42,535 nt of DNA from Welwitschia mirabilis (lineage: Eukaryota). The DNA lies in NCBI GenBank assembly GCA_051453625.1, contig JBOZIK010000001.1:35719669-35762203 (forward strand), read 5' to 3'. The position numbers and the translations under genes were made by a program. Positions 11,201 to 23,520 of the stretch are shown piece after piece; position 1 is the first letter of the stretch, and every line of letters starts with the position of its first letter. Under the pieces are notes generated by a model that did not search any database, was not told the origin of the DNA, and was given only the letters and a program-made list of their open reading frames with translations.

Positions 11201-12240
11201 TTCATAAGCCGTTTTAGAGGTGTCTGTCTTCAGAAACACTTTGTTTGAGATATAACATGCCATGTTTACTGCTTCTGCCCATAGGATATGAGAAAGAGAG
11301 TATTCATTAATCATAGTTCTAGCCATTTCAATTAGGACACGATTTTTTCTTTTTGCGATACTATTGTGTTGAGGTGTTCAGGGAGCTGAGTATTGATGTG
11401 ATATTCCATTAGTGCGACAAAACTCATCAAATTTTGCGTTGTCAAATTCACCTCCTCTATCGAACCTTAAAGTTTTGATGGGTCTCTCTAATTCCTTTTG
11501 AATTTTCTTTTCATTCTTTACAAATATTTTAGAGGCTTCATCCTTGTGAGTTAGAAATCTTACCCAACAAAATTTGGAAATGTCATCTACTGTTACCAAG
11601 AAATATTTTCTCCCTTCAATACTTTAGTTTGGACTAAACCTACTAAGTCCATGTGAATTAGCTTTAGAGGCTTAGAAGTACATATATCTCTCTTCTTAGG
11701 AAAACTTGATTTTATCAACTTCCCTTTTAAACAAGATTCACAGACTTTGGCTTGGTCTACTTTTAGTTTTGGTATTACCCTTACTATCTCTTTTGATGAA
11801 ATGCTCTTTAGGCCTTTCAAATTCATATGACCTAGTCTATGATGCCAAAGGCTAAATTCATTTGCCTGAGCTAGATAATAACCTTCTGTTGATTTGTCGC
11901 TACTTCCAATAACATACATGCGTTTAGATCTATGACTAGTGGGAATTTCTTGATTGGTGATACTATTTCGAATGAAACATCTATCTTTGTAGGATGAGAC
12001 AACATTACCTCTATCACAGACTTGTGATTTACTCAACAAGTTATGTTTTAGTCCTTCTACTAGATAAACGTCATTTATAGGTGGATGAAATCTCGTTGTA
12101 GTAATGGATCCTTTTCCAACTATGTGCCCTTTACTGTTATCTTCAAAAGTGACTTCACCATTGTTGTAGTCTTGGAAAGAAACTAACAAACTGTTGTTGC
12201 CTATCGTGTACCTATAACATCCACTATCTAAGTACCATTT
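8245..12240 (-). pseudogene. SIRE pol: protease, GAG-pre-integrase, integrase, RT, RNase H (disrupted; integrase C-terminus/RT start present twice across a gap)
   Basis: WYLDSGC (~12215-12237); LWHHRLGHMN...CESCLKGK; IHMDLVG; TLRFDRGGEFDN; LWAEAVNMACY; GIFLGYS; FRGTIGSLLY; VGYSETDGAGCIDDRKSTSG. Confidence 0.93.
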
Positions 12241-12379
12241 TTTTTCTCTTGAGCCTTAAACGCAGCATGAGCAAATAGAGATGAAATATGACTTTTTCTC
12301 ACCCATTTCTTGGAGACTTGCCTTTTAGAAGGATTTTGGTCTAAAGGGGTTTTCCTAAAAAACTTGAGAATGCTATTAG

Positions 12380-13967
12380 GGTATCCAAAGTAGGCTGATT
12401 TCTGTAAAGGCAGTTGAATTGGGTATGCCCATGACTATTGCAATAGAAGCATCTTAGACTAGGTCTTTTGAAAGACTGGTATTGGACACTATGACTGGAT
12501 GAATGGAAAGTGGGAGTTTTATTGGAGAGCTTCCTAAACTGGATTTATCATAGGGGATCTTCCTACACCTAATAACTTATTTAGATTATCTTTACCTTGA
12601 GTTAGATGATTGGCGATGAATCTAGCGTCTTCTAATTCTTTAGACAAGGATTAGATTTTCAGATTTGCCCTTTTTAAATCACATTCAAGTCTTTCTACTG
12701 ATTTTTTATACAAAACATTTATCTTTTCTAATTCTAGACTAAGCGAATACAAATTTTCGTAGGCTTTAAACAATTCATCATGGTTGAAATCCATATCGTT
12801 ACAAACTTCAAAAGCATTTTCTGATTTCCTATAATTAAGAACACTTTCATCATTAATAGAATCAGAAGAGATAGGGGAACTTACCTCTGCAAGAAGTTTG
12901 AAACACATGCCATTTCCTTTATCACCTGAAACTGATTCCTTCATCATCTGATTCATCCCATGTATCTTGAAGTACTATCTTTCCTATGGCTTTGGACTTC
13001 TTCTCCTTTTTATTGTTAGCACAATTTGCAGCAACATGTCCAAAGCTTTTACATTTATAGCATTATATAGAATTAGAAAAGTTTTTACCTTTGTCATTTT
13101 TGCCTTTGAAGGACTTCTTGGAATATTGGCCTTTACCTTTGTCATTTTTGCCTTTAAAAGACTTTTTGAAATATTGGCCTTCTTTCTTCTTTTGAAGAAA
13201 ATGTTTGAAGTTTTTAATTGGAAGTGCTAGGCCTTCCTCCATCTCATCGTTTCTTGAATTGTTGGCCTCTTCACATGCCTTGAGAGTAATGTTCTTTCTT
13301 TTGGGTAGGTCTTCTTCATGTAGGAGACTCTTCTCATATGCCATCAAGGAACCTTTGAGTTCTTCTACCTTCATCCTATTGATGTCCTTACTTTCTTCGA
13401 TGGCTGTCACATTTGGCCTAAACTTCATAGTGAAACTCTTGAGGATTTTGCGGAATACTTTGTTCTTTGGAACTTTTTCTCCTAAGACCCACATGTTGTT
13501 AACAATATTTCTCACTTTTTTGGTGTAGTCAGCTTTTGTTTCTAATTCCTCCCTTCTGATGCTCTTGAACTTTGTTGTGAGGAGTTGAAGCTTTGAGTTC
13601 TTCACCACATTTGTTTCTTTATGAGCTACTTTGAGAGTATCCCACATTTCTTTGATAGTAGAACATTGAACTACTCTATCATATTCTTCATTTGATAGGG
13701 CGCAGATGATTGCATTCATGACCCTTGCATTGTTCTGAAGCTTCTTCATGTCATCATCATCCCACTTGTCTTTAGGTTTCATAGATATGATTCCATTTAC
13801 ATCAACCTGCTTTGGAGAAGCATAGCCTTGTTCGACCATGTCCCATATTCCTGGATGGAGAGACGTCAGAAATATTCTCATCTTGGACTTCTAGTAAGGA
13901 TAGTTATTCCCATTGAAGAAGGGAGGCCTTGAAACTGCGTAACCCTCTGGATAGTTTATAGATGCCA
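12380..13967 (-). pseudogene. SIRE gag (UBN2-type domain plus two zinc knuckles)
   Basis: Track ORF 13063-13881 (WDMVEQG...MWDTLKVAH...KVFRKILKS...TAIEESKD). Knuckles CYKCKSFGHVAANC (~13000-13063) and CFYCNSHGHTQFNC (~12410-12452). Internal 16-aa repeat KKSFKGKNDKGK. Confidence 0.92.
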
Positions 13968-14013
13968 TTAAACCTATACCTGAAAAAGAGAATGTCCAGA
14001 TCTAGAACACCAA

Positions 14014-14025
14014 GCTCTGATACCA
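14014..14025 (-). promoter_or_regulatory. tRNA-iMet PBS of the SIRE element
   Basis: Plus strand GCTCTGATACCA, 2 nt from the LTR edge TGTTAGG at 14028. Confidence 0.93.
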
Positions 14026-14027
14026 AT

Positions 14028-15243
14028 TGTTAGGATTGTTAGGCACCCTAAAGGGGGGGTGGGGCATGAATAGGGTGATTTAAAAAAAAAAGCTTGTTTC
14101 CAAANNNNNNNNNNNNNNNNNNNNNNNNNNNNNNNNNNNNNNNNNNNNNNNNNNNNNNNNNNNNNNNNNNNNNNNNNNNNNNNNNNNNNNNNNNNNNNNN
14201 NNNNTGTTAGGATTGTTAAGCACCCTAAAGGGGGGGTGGGGCATGAATAGGATGATTTAAAAAAAAAAAAAGCTTGTTTCCAGAAATTATCAATCTTAGT
14301 TATAAACAAACAACTTGGAAGCTTAATCATATAAAACAATGCAAGAGACATCAAAAAAAATTGTGCACTAGATTTATAGTGGTTTGACAAACCTTGCCTA
14401 CTCCACTCTTAGGGGGTAGCAACATGCCTTCAATTACCTAGTCCCCTTAAAACACCCAACACATCAGGAAAATTAAACCACCCTTCACCAAGGGTTGCAA
14501 TCCACACCCTTTACTAAGGGATACAAAAGCTCACTCCAAGGAGCAACTTAAAGATTTGAATAAAAGAGGATCTGATGGTTTGAATTCCTTCAGCATCATA
14601 CATCAGCAAGTATGAGCAAGATCTCTAATAATGATAGATATCTTAATATAGTATAGATTGTATAATTACATCACAGTTTAGCATAAATAGTGAAATTTTT
14701 GGAGTCAAGGTTACACAATAATCATCCATCATTTTATAGAAAAAGGGTTACAAAATCGCTGTTGGAGCCTCAAATTTAAAGCCCTGGCTATTTAATTCAC
14801 AACCCCAACCATTAGCTATTAAAACAATATGATTTTTGGCAGTTGCAATAGTTATATTTTTGCTTCAACATTCATGGGGGAAGATGTTTCATTCTTTAGA
14901 TTTGGATATCCTAGTTGTAAAGCTAGATTTCTGTATAAACTGAAAGCCATCCCGGACGTCCCGTTACACGGTCTGGACATCCCCATAATACTGACAAAAT
15001 ATAGGGTCAAACGTCCCTGTCAAAAGCTCCAAAAATTCGCATATAAATTTCCTACGAACAGGTCTGGACGTCTTGGAAACAGAACCCTGATGTCCTCATA
15101 CAAATTACCACATACAGGGCTGGACATCTTGTCATATCTAGAAGATGTCTCGATTGGCACAATCTTCAAATTTCCTTAATTTTGACATAACTGTAACACC
15201 AATAGGAAGACTTAGACATCATTGAAACTTGGATTTTTCCACA
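14028..15243 (-). repeat. 5' LTR of the SIRE element (first ~77 bp repeated across a 100-N gap)
   Basis: Plus-strand termini TGTTAGG...TTCCACA; adjacent to the PBS; homologous to 4762-5752. Confidence 0.9.
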
Positions 15244-17117
15244 TCATATTCAAGATAACTTCTCTACAAGCATGGTAGGTTGTGCATTCCCAGAGGATCT
15301 GTAAGGGAGGACATCTTATAGGGAAAACATCATGAAGACATGGCTTGACAGTGGGGGTTGGATAAAACTTATAAACTATTNNNNNNNNNNAAGAGGTTAT
15401 ACCATTAACTAAACATGTGCAGAGATGTGTAGCAATTGGTTCAAAGTTTTTCTACATGTTAAAGAGTAAAGGAAGAATTAACAAAGTAAGGATTGGACAT
15501 TTAATTACCACTTCCAGTGAGGCCATGAATTTTCTCTTAGAACTACCTCATTCCAAGAGAGGTCATGATTCCATCATGACAATAATGGACAAATTCAATG
15601 AGATGGCACACTTTACTCCTTTTTCCAAGACAATTGATGCTTCACACATTGCTATAATGTTCTTTAGAGAGATTGTGCATATTAATGGATTACCAAAGAT
15701 GATAGTTATAAATAGAGATGTCAAGTTTATTTCTTATTTTAAAAGGAGTTATAGCACATGAGGGAAACTAAATTGTAGTATTCTTTAGCATACCACCCAC
15801 AGAAAGATTAATAGATAGAAGTGGTGAATCGTAGCATTGGGAGCTTATTAAGATGCCTAAGTTAAGGTAAGCTAAATAGGTAGAAGGATTACTTATTGGA
15901 TGCATAATTTGGTTATGATAATTCAATGAATAGGAGTGCAAAAAAGTTGTTATTTGAGGTGTTATATGGATATTACTCAAGGATGTCAAACAGATTGCAT
16001 GATATGTAAAAGCTTTCAACAATGGCTGAGGACTATGAAAAGAGGATTATAAAACTCCATGAGTATGTGTAGTAGAGTTGGAAGCATTAAACTCTAAGGA
16101 TGTGGTGAACAAGCATAAAAGGCATGCGAAGTTGGAGAAGAATGACACAATGATGGCATCCTTATGGAAGAAGAGACTTCCAACGGAAATGTATAGTAAC
16201 TCAAGTTCTAGAAGATTGGTTCATGCAAAAATGTGAAAAAGACTTCCCACACATGCTTACTAGTTGGATTTTCTATAGAATGTTTGTCTTTCACATACAT
16301 TCAATGTTGCTTGCTTAGTGAAGTACTATGGAGAACCTACAGAGGAAGGAGTTGGATTATGGAGTGAAGGAGCGGAACCAATAGAAGTAGAAGGTGGACA
16401 AGAGACCAATAGTTCTTGGAAGCCATGAGAAGAAAACATAGAGGAAAGTGTACAATGACTACTTAGTCAAATTATCAAGAGATCATCCAGAGGATGCAAT
16501 TTGGATTTGAAAGAAGAGAAGTCCAAGGAATGAGAAATATCATTCCTATGATGACTCACTTTCAAGTAGGAAAGGATGATGTAAAAGCATCTTTCATGCC
16601 TTAAACATGCAAAATTTAGCAAGGAAGCTAGACCAATGGATAAGGCTCCAGAGTAGACTAGTTTTCACTAGTGATTCGTTGAATTTGGTCAAGTAATGAT
16701 GAAGTTATGGCCCTTTCCAATTAACATGATCTTAGGAATTCTAGGTGTAAGGAATATGCTATGTTTAGAATCTACTTTTGGTAAAATGTCTAAAGGCTAC
16801 TAATGGAGGGTTCCTTCATGATTAAGATTCCTCTTGAAGCCTTATAAATAGAGAAGAGTGGTAGGTTTAAGGGCATCAAAGTGATGGAAGCAAGGGTGAG
16901 GCTTTAGGAGGTCATTATTGATGAAGGCTAATACAAATTGTGTTGAATGTGATTTTAGTTGGTCAGCTTGTCCTTTCTATACCATTAATATAAAGTGATT
17001 CTTTCATTGCGTACAATATTTTGTTTTCCTTTGTATTTTGTCATTATCTTCTTTCCCTCATTGAATACTTTGTTCCAAAAGTGATTTTAGGATTTTTGTT
17101 GGATTAGCTCTACATCA
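15244..17117 (+). mobile_element. Ty3/gypsy chromovirus, CRM-like clade: integrase remnant plus 3' LTR
   Basis: QDNFLYKHGRLCIPRGSVRE; integrase core MNFLLELPHSKRGHDSIMTIMDKFNEMAHF...FFREIVHINGLPKMIVINRDVKF. The ORF end THFQVGKDDV overlaps the PPT/LTR edge, as in CRM elements. Confidence 0.85.
16577..17117 (+). repeat. CRM-like LTR, TGATG...CATCA, 541 bp
   Basis: Preceded by purine tract AGTAGGAAAGGA; terminal inverted repeat TGATGTA/TACATCA; internal CTTATAAATAG TATA at ~16841. Confidence 0.82.
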
Positions 17118-18529
17118 ATTGTATTCCCCATATATCATTTGAATTTCATCGTACTCACCATTATTCTATTACTTTATGATATTTTTCTATTCCAAACAAG
17201 TCTTTCACTAATAAGGTTTTTTTTTTTTTTCAGTTAATACTTATCATGGAGGAAATTCTTATCTTTTTCTTGAATAGTATTATAACATACTATTAAACAA
17301 TGTTGGATATCTTATAATGTACTAATTTGTACTTCCCTAAATGAAAGATGTATTGTTGCTTTAAAACATTATTTCCAATTGCTTAATAAATAAAATTATA
17401 CCATCTTTAGAAAAATGAATTTTATTTATACGCCTTTTATTCTTTAATAATTTTAATAAATACATATACCTAATTATTAAAATTAAAAAGAAAATTAATA
17501 TTCCATGTGTGTAGTTAAAAAGCAACACTTGATTTTGAAAAGGTGGAAAACCATACAAAGGGTACATATCTTCTAATTGAGGGTGCACATAAATGTTAAT
17601 GAATCTTTGACATGATCAGTGATCACCGAGATAATACTACATCTGACATCTGGTTGTTTTGAAAGTTTTGGTGCTATAATTAGTTTTTTTCGTCTTTCTT
17701 CTTTCTCTTTCTTCCCCTCATGTTTGCATTATCAAACCAAACATTAGTAAATGTCGGTAATTTGTGTTTATGCTGGGTAGAGGGTACAATAAATCCTCTT
17801 GCTCTTGCTTCAGTGAGACTTGTTAATAAGGATATGGAATTAATCAAAATGGTCTTCAAATAGCTTTGAATAGTGATGCTTGATTTAGTTCTTATGTGTG
17901 GTGACACACGTGCAGAAACTGTTAGATAATAGATAGAAAGATAAAATAGAGACATTTTGGGATTTTGTATGGATGATAGCACCAAATACAATTATTGAAA
18001 AATATAATCAATGATATATTTAATCGCATTTTTTTCAAGGAAAATCATGTGCATGGTTCTTGTATAATTGTTTGAAATATTTAATAAAGCAAAACACATG
18101 TCCTCATTAGAACTTGCAACTTTTAAATTAGAAATAAACATAAACAAAATTGAAAGGAAGGCATGCCATAAATATCCAAAGATTATCTTGAGAGAATTGA
18201 GTAAGATTATTCTTTCTTTATGTTTTACATCTCTCAACTATCACATAACTTGTAGAGGTTACATTACTATACATGGTGATAAATATTTCAATACGTTAAG
18301 ACATCATTCTTAATATGAACCAAAAAGGCATCTTCTATCAATGATATTCCTAACAAAAAGTAGAAAGTAGTTTGCCAAAAATAACTTATCAATACTACTT
18401 CTAAACATGTAGAATGAGAGTAAATAATAATAATTTGCATTGATTCTCATGGTACTCTTTGTGATGGTTTGCTTGACCCATTGGATGGTAGAAAATAATT
18501 TCTATAATGTTCAAACTACTTTAGAGCTT

Positions 18530-19050
18530 ATAGGTTTGATCATACGAATTTAAAACATTTTCAACATTATAACAAATTTCTCCTGATTCTAGTTTTTAGA
18601 GTGAAAACTTGGAATACTATGTGACTTACAAGCAAACATTCTTCGTTTTGCAAAATATTTAGCACTTCAACTTGATTGAATTCCAAGTGTCAATAATCCT
18701 TAAGATTTTCCTTTTCTTTTTGATAATAAAAAAAGAGAATTACAAGAATTAAGGAAGTTGGATGCAAAGGCATTATCCATCATCCAAATTGAATGAGATA
18801 GAACAATCTTCCACAAAGTTATGGAACATACATACTATGAGCATGCTTGTAATATGTTGGAACTTGCATATGAAGGATCAACTAAAGTGTAGTTTGTCCA
18901 GCCACAAATACCCAAAAAAAAGATTTTAAATCTCCTATTATTGATGAATAATGATTTGTTAATTAAAGAACAATTTCTTCTTTGCAAGTGAAGAACAATT
19001 TCTTTGCTCATTGAGGTTAAGGATCAGTTGTAATGACATATGGTATATCG
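18530..19050 (+). pseudogene. Highly decayed copia gag fragment (Ivana-like UBN2)
   Basis: KRELQELRKLDAKALSIIQIE*DRTIFHKVMEHTYYEHACNMLELAYEGSTKV matches the copia gag pattern 'DAKAL..I...IF..I....AW..L...Y.G..KV'. Confidence 0.65.
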
Positions 19051-19199
19051 ATGTTTGATGTAGTATATCGATTTTTTCCTATACACCCCACAATTGGTTT
19101 TCTTTTTCTTTGACTTCTATAAATGACTTAGGTTCTATGCTATTAGTAACAAAAGGGCACATATCCAGTTTCTTGACCAATGAATAGATCTTCCCACCT

Positions 19200-22075
19200 A
19201 ATGAGGACAAAGTAACATTACACTCTTTTCATCTCCTTCATTCTCTTCAATCTATATTTCCTAATGTAAATCTCCACTAACATTAGATTCACTTTATAAA
19301 GCACCAGTTTCTTCATTATTGGTCCCCTCTTCTTCTTATTCATTATAACTCTTATCAAAGGTTGTAAGAAGATTGTGCTAAAAAAGTTAGAATGAAACTC
19401 TCTGTTAGCTTGATCCTCAACTTGCTTTGGATAAAAGGGACTATGTTCACTAAATGTAACACCTCTAGATCTAAACGCTCTTTTACGAAAAGATCCCAAA
19501 ATTTGTAACCAAAGATATCATCAACAAAATCGACAAAAATGCATCTATGAGATCTATCATCCAATTTGGACCTCTGTGAATTCTACACATTAATATAGGC
19601 ATCACAACCAAAAATCCTCAAGTAAGAAATTTCCTTTCCTCTCAAAGGAATTTCTACAACTTTTCCATCTAAGGCTGAATGCATTGAAAGATTGATAAGT
19701 AGTAATAGGAAAGTGACACCATCCAAAACAAGATTACCTTAACCACGATGCTTCTTGCACGTTTCAATAATGTCCTTTTCCTCCTTTTTTGCCACACCAT
19801 TCCTCACTAAGTACAGAAGTTAGAAGATGCCTTGGAGGTGTATTTACCTTGAATATCTATTAGCAACTTATTACCAATTCCACCTATTCAGGTTTCGAAA
19901 TGTGCAACAAATTTCTTCAAGATACCTAGTACCATGTCCTTTGACTTAATTGGATAAACCAAAATATTACCATTGTAATCACCAATAAACGTCGCAGAGT
20001 ATTGTGAACCAACAAGAGGACGAGTGATATCATCAACAACATCAAGATAAACAAGATCTAACCTATTGTTACTTCTATCATATTCATCTTTTTTTTTAAG
20101 TTCCCTATATGCACATTTCTAATTTGATAATCTTTGCAAAAACGGAACTAATAGAAATAGGAGGAGGAATGATAACTACCTACAACCTAGACTATCCAAT
20201 GTGCCTAGGATGTTTACGCCACATGTGGGTCTACATGATTACAATAGCAACCTCCCTGTGCTTCCTAACAATAGTAGTGTGCAAGATGTAAATGCAATCT
20301 TCCATAGTTCCACTTACTTCTTTAATTGCTCCTTTGTTGCTCTTTTGAGTACAAAAAGCAAAGGATAGTTTACCACCTACCGCATCAAACTCCTCAACTC
20401 ACAAGAAGGTCGACCACCCAAAATCCAAATATCATTAGAGCCTTTGACATGTTGACATGGTATTTCATGCAAATAAATCTCAAACCTGCTCCTCCTTCAC
20501 TTTGAGCTATTTGATCCGTCAAATTTCCTTCTCCTTGTCTTTCTTGTCATTCCGTCTTTTGTATGCATAGTTCTTGTTCACATGACCCATCTTTGTATAG
20601 AATCAACACTCCGAATTTCTACATTGTGAAGAAGCTTTGCTTTTGCTTTTTGCCAAATCCATTTTCGCTAAGTTATGAGCATCTCCTACAAATAAGTTAA
20701 GCCTCACTTTTAGAATACGTAAATTTGGTCTTCTGTGCATCTAACAACTTTAAAATAATAATGAAGAGTTTCCGAAATTAATATTAAGTTGGTGTAAATG
20801 TGTTTCCACAAGTCACGAAATGCACTAAGAACTATTCTCTCAAGTTTTCTATAAACGTCACATAAACTTGGTCCTCCCTACATCTAGCTTTAAAATAGTA
20901 GTGAAGAATTACTAACATTACTATTAAGGTGATGCAAAGAGTTTCCCACAAGTCAGGAAATGAACTAGGAATTACTCAAGTTTTTTATAAACATCACCTA
21001 CAAATCATCTAACTATGAGCCTAGCACATAGCATAGTTGGTTCAACCCATGTTTACAAGTTGTGAGCTTCAATGTCTAGCTTCAAATCTTATGTTATGTC
21101 AGTTGGCTCATAGTTCTAACTCCTATTTTCAATGCACACCTAAATGCAAGCTTTAATTTCTTGGGTATGAATCACAACCAAGACTTTGAAATTTGGTGGT
21201 CAACTCCCAAGCTAGCAGGGGCTATCCATAGATTCTTGCCAGCAAGCAAGTAATAATCCTAGCAAGTGTGATATAGTTTCGAATGAATTAACTTCTTTTA
21301 TATATCTATATATTAAATTCATCAACATGTGCCTGCAATGGTGACTCTTCTTTCATCTTCATCATGAAAACTTTTGAGTATGGTATTGGTTTATTCTAGT
21401 GGGTAAGCCTCTTTTGACAATCGTCTGCTCTTTGCTTCCTTTATAGGTCTAAAATATAATTAAGGTCAAATTTCAATGTCAGCCATTTTGTTAAGTTGGT
21501 TTCCTTCATCATTTGGATACTTCTTCCATCAATGAAAGTAATATAACATAAAGTCATCTTTGCTTCAACATTTGCCTTTAAACCAATATCAGATCCTTTT
21601 GAATAACGAACATTTTTCATTAGGGCATTTCGAACATCTTAGCTTTGTGGTTTTTCCAAGCTATTCATTGTTTACAAGCTTTCCATTTCACTTGTCCTAA
21701 AAGCCCTAACAATACAATATGATACCATAACACTGTATAGAGATAAATTAGTGCATGCTAGACTAGTTGCCAAAACTCCATAGGAAGAAACTCTACAACT
21801 TTGATACCAATTGTTGTAAAAACATCACCAAAAACAAACAAAACAAGAAGCAAAAATAAGAAAAACAAAAGCAGAACACATGAATTTTACATGGTAAAAC
21901 ACCAAAAGTAAGGAAGAACCCCCAAGAAAATAGTGCAAAACTCTATTAAGCATAAAAACTAAGTGAAGAGTACAATCAAGCATGCTCTTATAAAAGATGC
22001 CTTTCTTTTTATAACCTCACCTTAGGCCTAAAACCTGAACTTGCCTCTTTACCTTTTTCTTGTCACATTCCAACA
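19200..22075 (-). mobile_element. Truncated, decayed Ty1/copia (Tnt1/Tork-like): 5' LTR, PBS, gag, integrase; RT, RNase H and 3' LTR absent
   Basis: LTR 21812-22075 with TGTTG...CAACA; PBS TGGTATCAAAGT (21798-21809); gag MKMKEESPLQAHVDEFN; integrase NGVAKK, YLRIFGCDAY, SKLDDRSHRCIFVDFVDDIFGYKFWD. Confidence 0.82.
21812..22075 (-). repeat. Copia 5' LTR, 264 bp
   Basis: 5-bp terminal inverted repeat TGTTG/CAACA, 2 nt from the PBS. Confidence 0.78.
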
Positions 22076-22399
22076 CTCCAAAACGATTTTATACCATTCT
22101 AGAAGAACAAGCTTATAACAAACATAAAAAGGGATACATAAAGTAACGTCTGGCTTCACTCTAACACATTCTATCATACATGCATGGAGAAATTTAAAGG
22201 CCTTGATTAAACCAAAAAGGCAAGAACACAAATCACTGTCAATAGCTTTAGCAAGTCACCTAATCACTTAAGTGTAGAAATCAAATTACATTTACCCTCA
22301 CACCATACATCTTCCCTGAAATTTAACTTCACACCGTCTGAACACAAGATCAACCTAATCGATTTAGTTGGTCACTAGTCATCTCATGATGAAGGTTTT

Positions 22400-23520
22400 C
22401 TTATACACCTACCACATATATCACATTAACCTTTGTATGTACGTATGCCACTACTCCTATCACAGTCCCACTGGACAAAATGGACATCCATTTCACTATG
22501 TTATGTAGTCATACATGGGGGTACACTAGGATTGAAATACATGGAAGTAGCCAAGTATGTGTAGCTTTCCTTAGGCACAGCTATGGTACCATATACCATA
22601 GTTGTTACACTAAATTGTCATATAAGACTTGATCAATCCCAACTAACCATGAGCCTTCAGAGTTTTTGTCAACACTTAGACCCTAGTGTTCTAACAACCC
22701 ATTCATAAGGGTGTTGCAATGGGTCCATTCCATATCAACTCACTTAGCGAACCTGAAATGATCTATTCGACATGAAAATGCTTAACAAGACATCTGTGTA
22801 AAGTAAGTCAGTATAGAACTCGACTAGATGTCACACAAGGCCCTCACACATAGCAAGCTCATCCCACTTATAATATTCGGCTAGCTGTTTAGCTCTAGAG
22901 CCAACCCCATCAACATGAGCAGCTACCTCTCGACATGTCACTATACCGTGTAGCAAAATAGATAATGCAATTTATATAATGAAGTCACTATCTATAGCCC
23001 TAGGCAAGTGAGGCTAGTACTCGTGACATAGTATCTCAACCACATTGGTAAGGCACCTAGGCATTCTACTTGCCTCTGGTATAAGTGGCTGACTATGGAT
23101 TCCCCAATATATGGCTCTAGATTTTGGTTATGGTTGTTAGGGTGTGGGGTGGGGTTCTGTAAGACAATTCCACTTGAGTAGCAGGATTCATTTATGCTGG
23201 CATAGTTGCATGGACTAGAACCAATGAAGCCTTGGTGGTCTCTCAATTGATGATATTGCTAACATATACAAGGCATGTTCAGCCTCTCTATATGTGACAA
23301 CACAACATATACAAACAACCTTTGTCTCTCATGCTTCTATGGACGATCTTCTGTTCAAGCGCTAGGACTCCCCTACCATCCCAATTTTAAGTGGCAGACC
23401 AATGAAAAGCCATACTTCTCAGATCTAGCACTTGCTACATGATCACACATGAGGTTTTGGACCCAATGTTCCACACAGCTTCATCAAAAGGGGCAATGAT
23501 GCTATCGCTTTGTATTAGCG
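22400..23520 (-). pseudogene. Very decayed copia RT-RNase H fragment (Ale-like)
   Basis: CLVYVSNII (degenerate YVDD, ~23250-23275); RNase H-like NPSVPPCMTT*HSEMDVHFVQ (~22470-22535); RT N-terminal-like sequence at ~23400-23490. Confidence 0.55.

Larger units (their letters stand above)
4762..15243 (-). mobile_element. Ty1/copia Sirevirus (SIRE lineage), near full length, degenerate
   Basis: Two homologous LTRs, tRNA-iMet PBS at 14014-14025, gag (UBN2, two CCHC knuckles), protease WYLDSGC, GAG-pre-integrase LWHHRLGH, integrase, RT, RNase H, extra ORF before a multi-PPT tract, and the SIRE-type U5 motif CCTAAAGGGGGGGTG. Confidence 0.92.

Noticed and set aside
9470-11432. Duplicated integrase C-terminus/RT start as a biological feature of the SIRE element
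   Set aside because: Both copies end exactly at a 100-N gap, so it cannot be told apart from a scaffolding join without reads.
13205-13528. Plus-strand ORFs over gag/pol (also 8392-8676, 12967-13230, 31674-31898, 35111-35347)
   Set aside because: Antisense shadows of recognised retroelement or viral coding frames.
14028-14281. Apparent tandem duplication of the LTR end
   Set aside because: Near-identical ~77 bp on both sides of a 100-N gap is typical of an unmerged contig overlap. The same pattern occurs at 7288-7387.
14829-15179. 116-aa ORF (also 5338-5532, 37535-37738, 39972-40385)
   Set aside because: These lie inside LTRs, antisense to the element, and are interrupted differently in the paired LTR.
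17120-18500. Short AT-rich ORFs (17361-18313)
   Set aside because: Low-complexity I/L/F/K-rich translations expected from AT-rich intergenic DNA.
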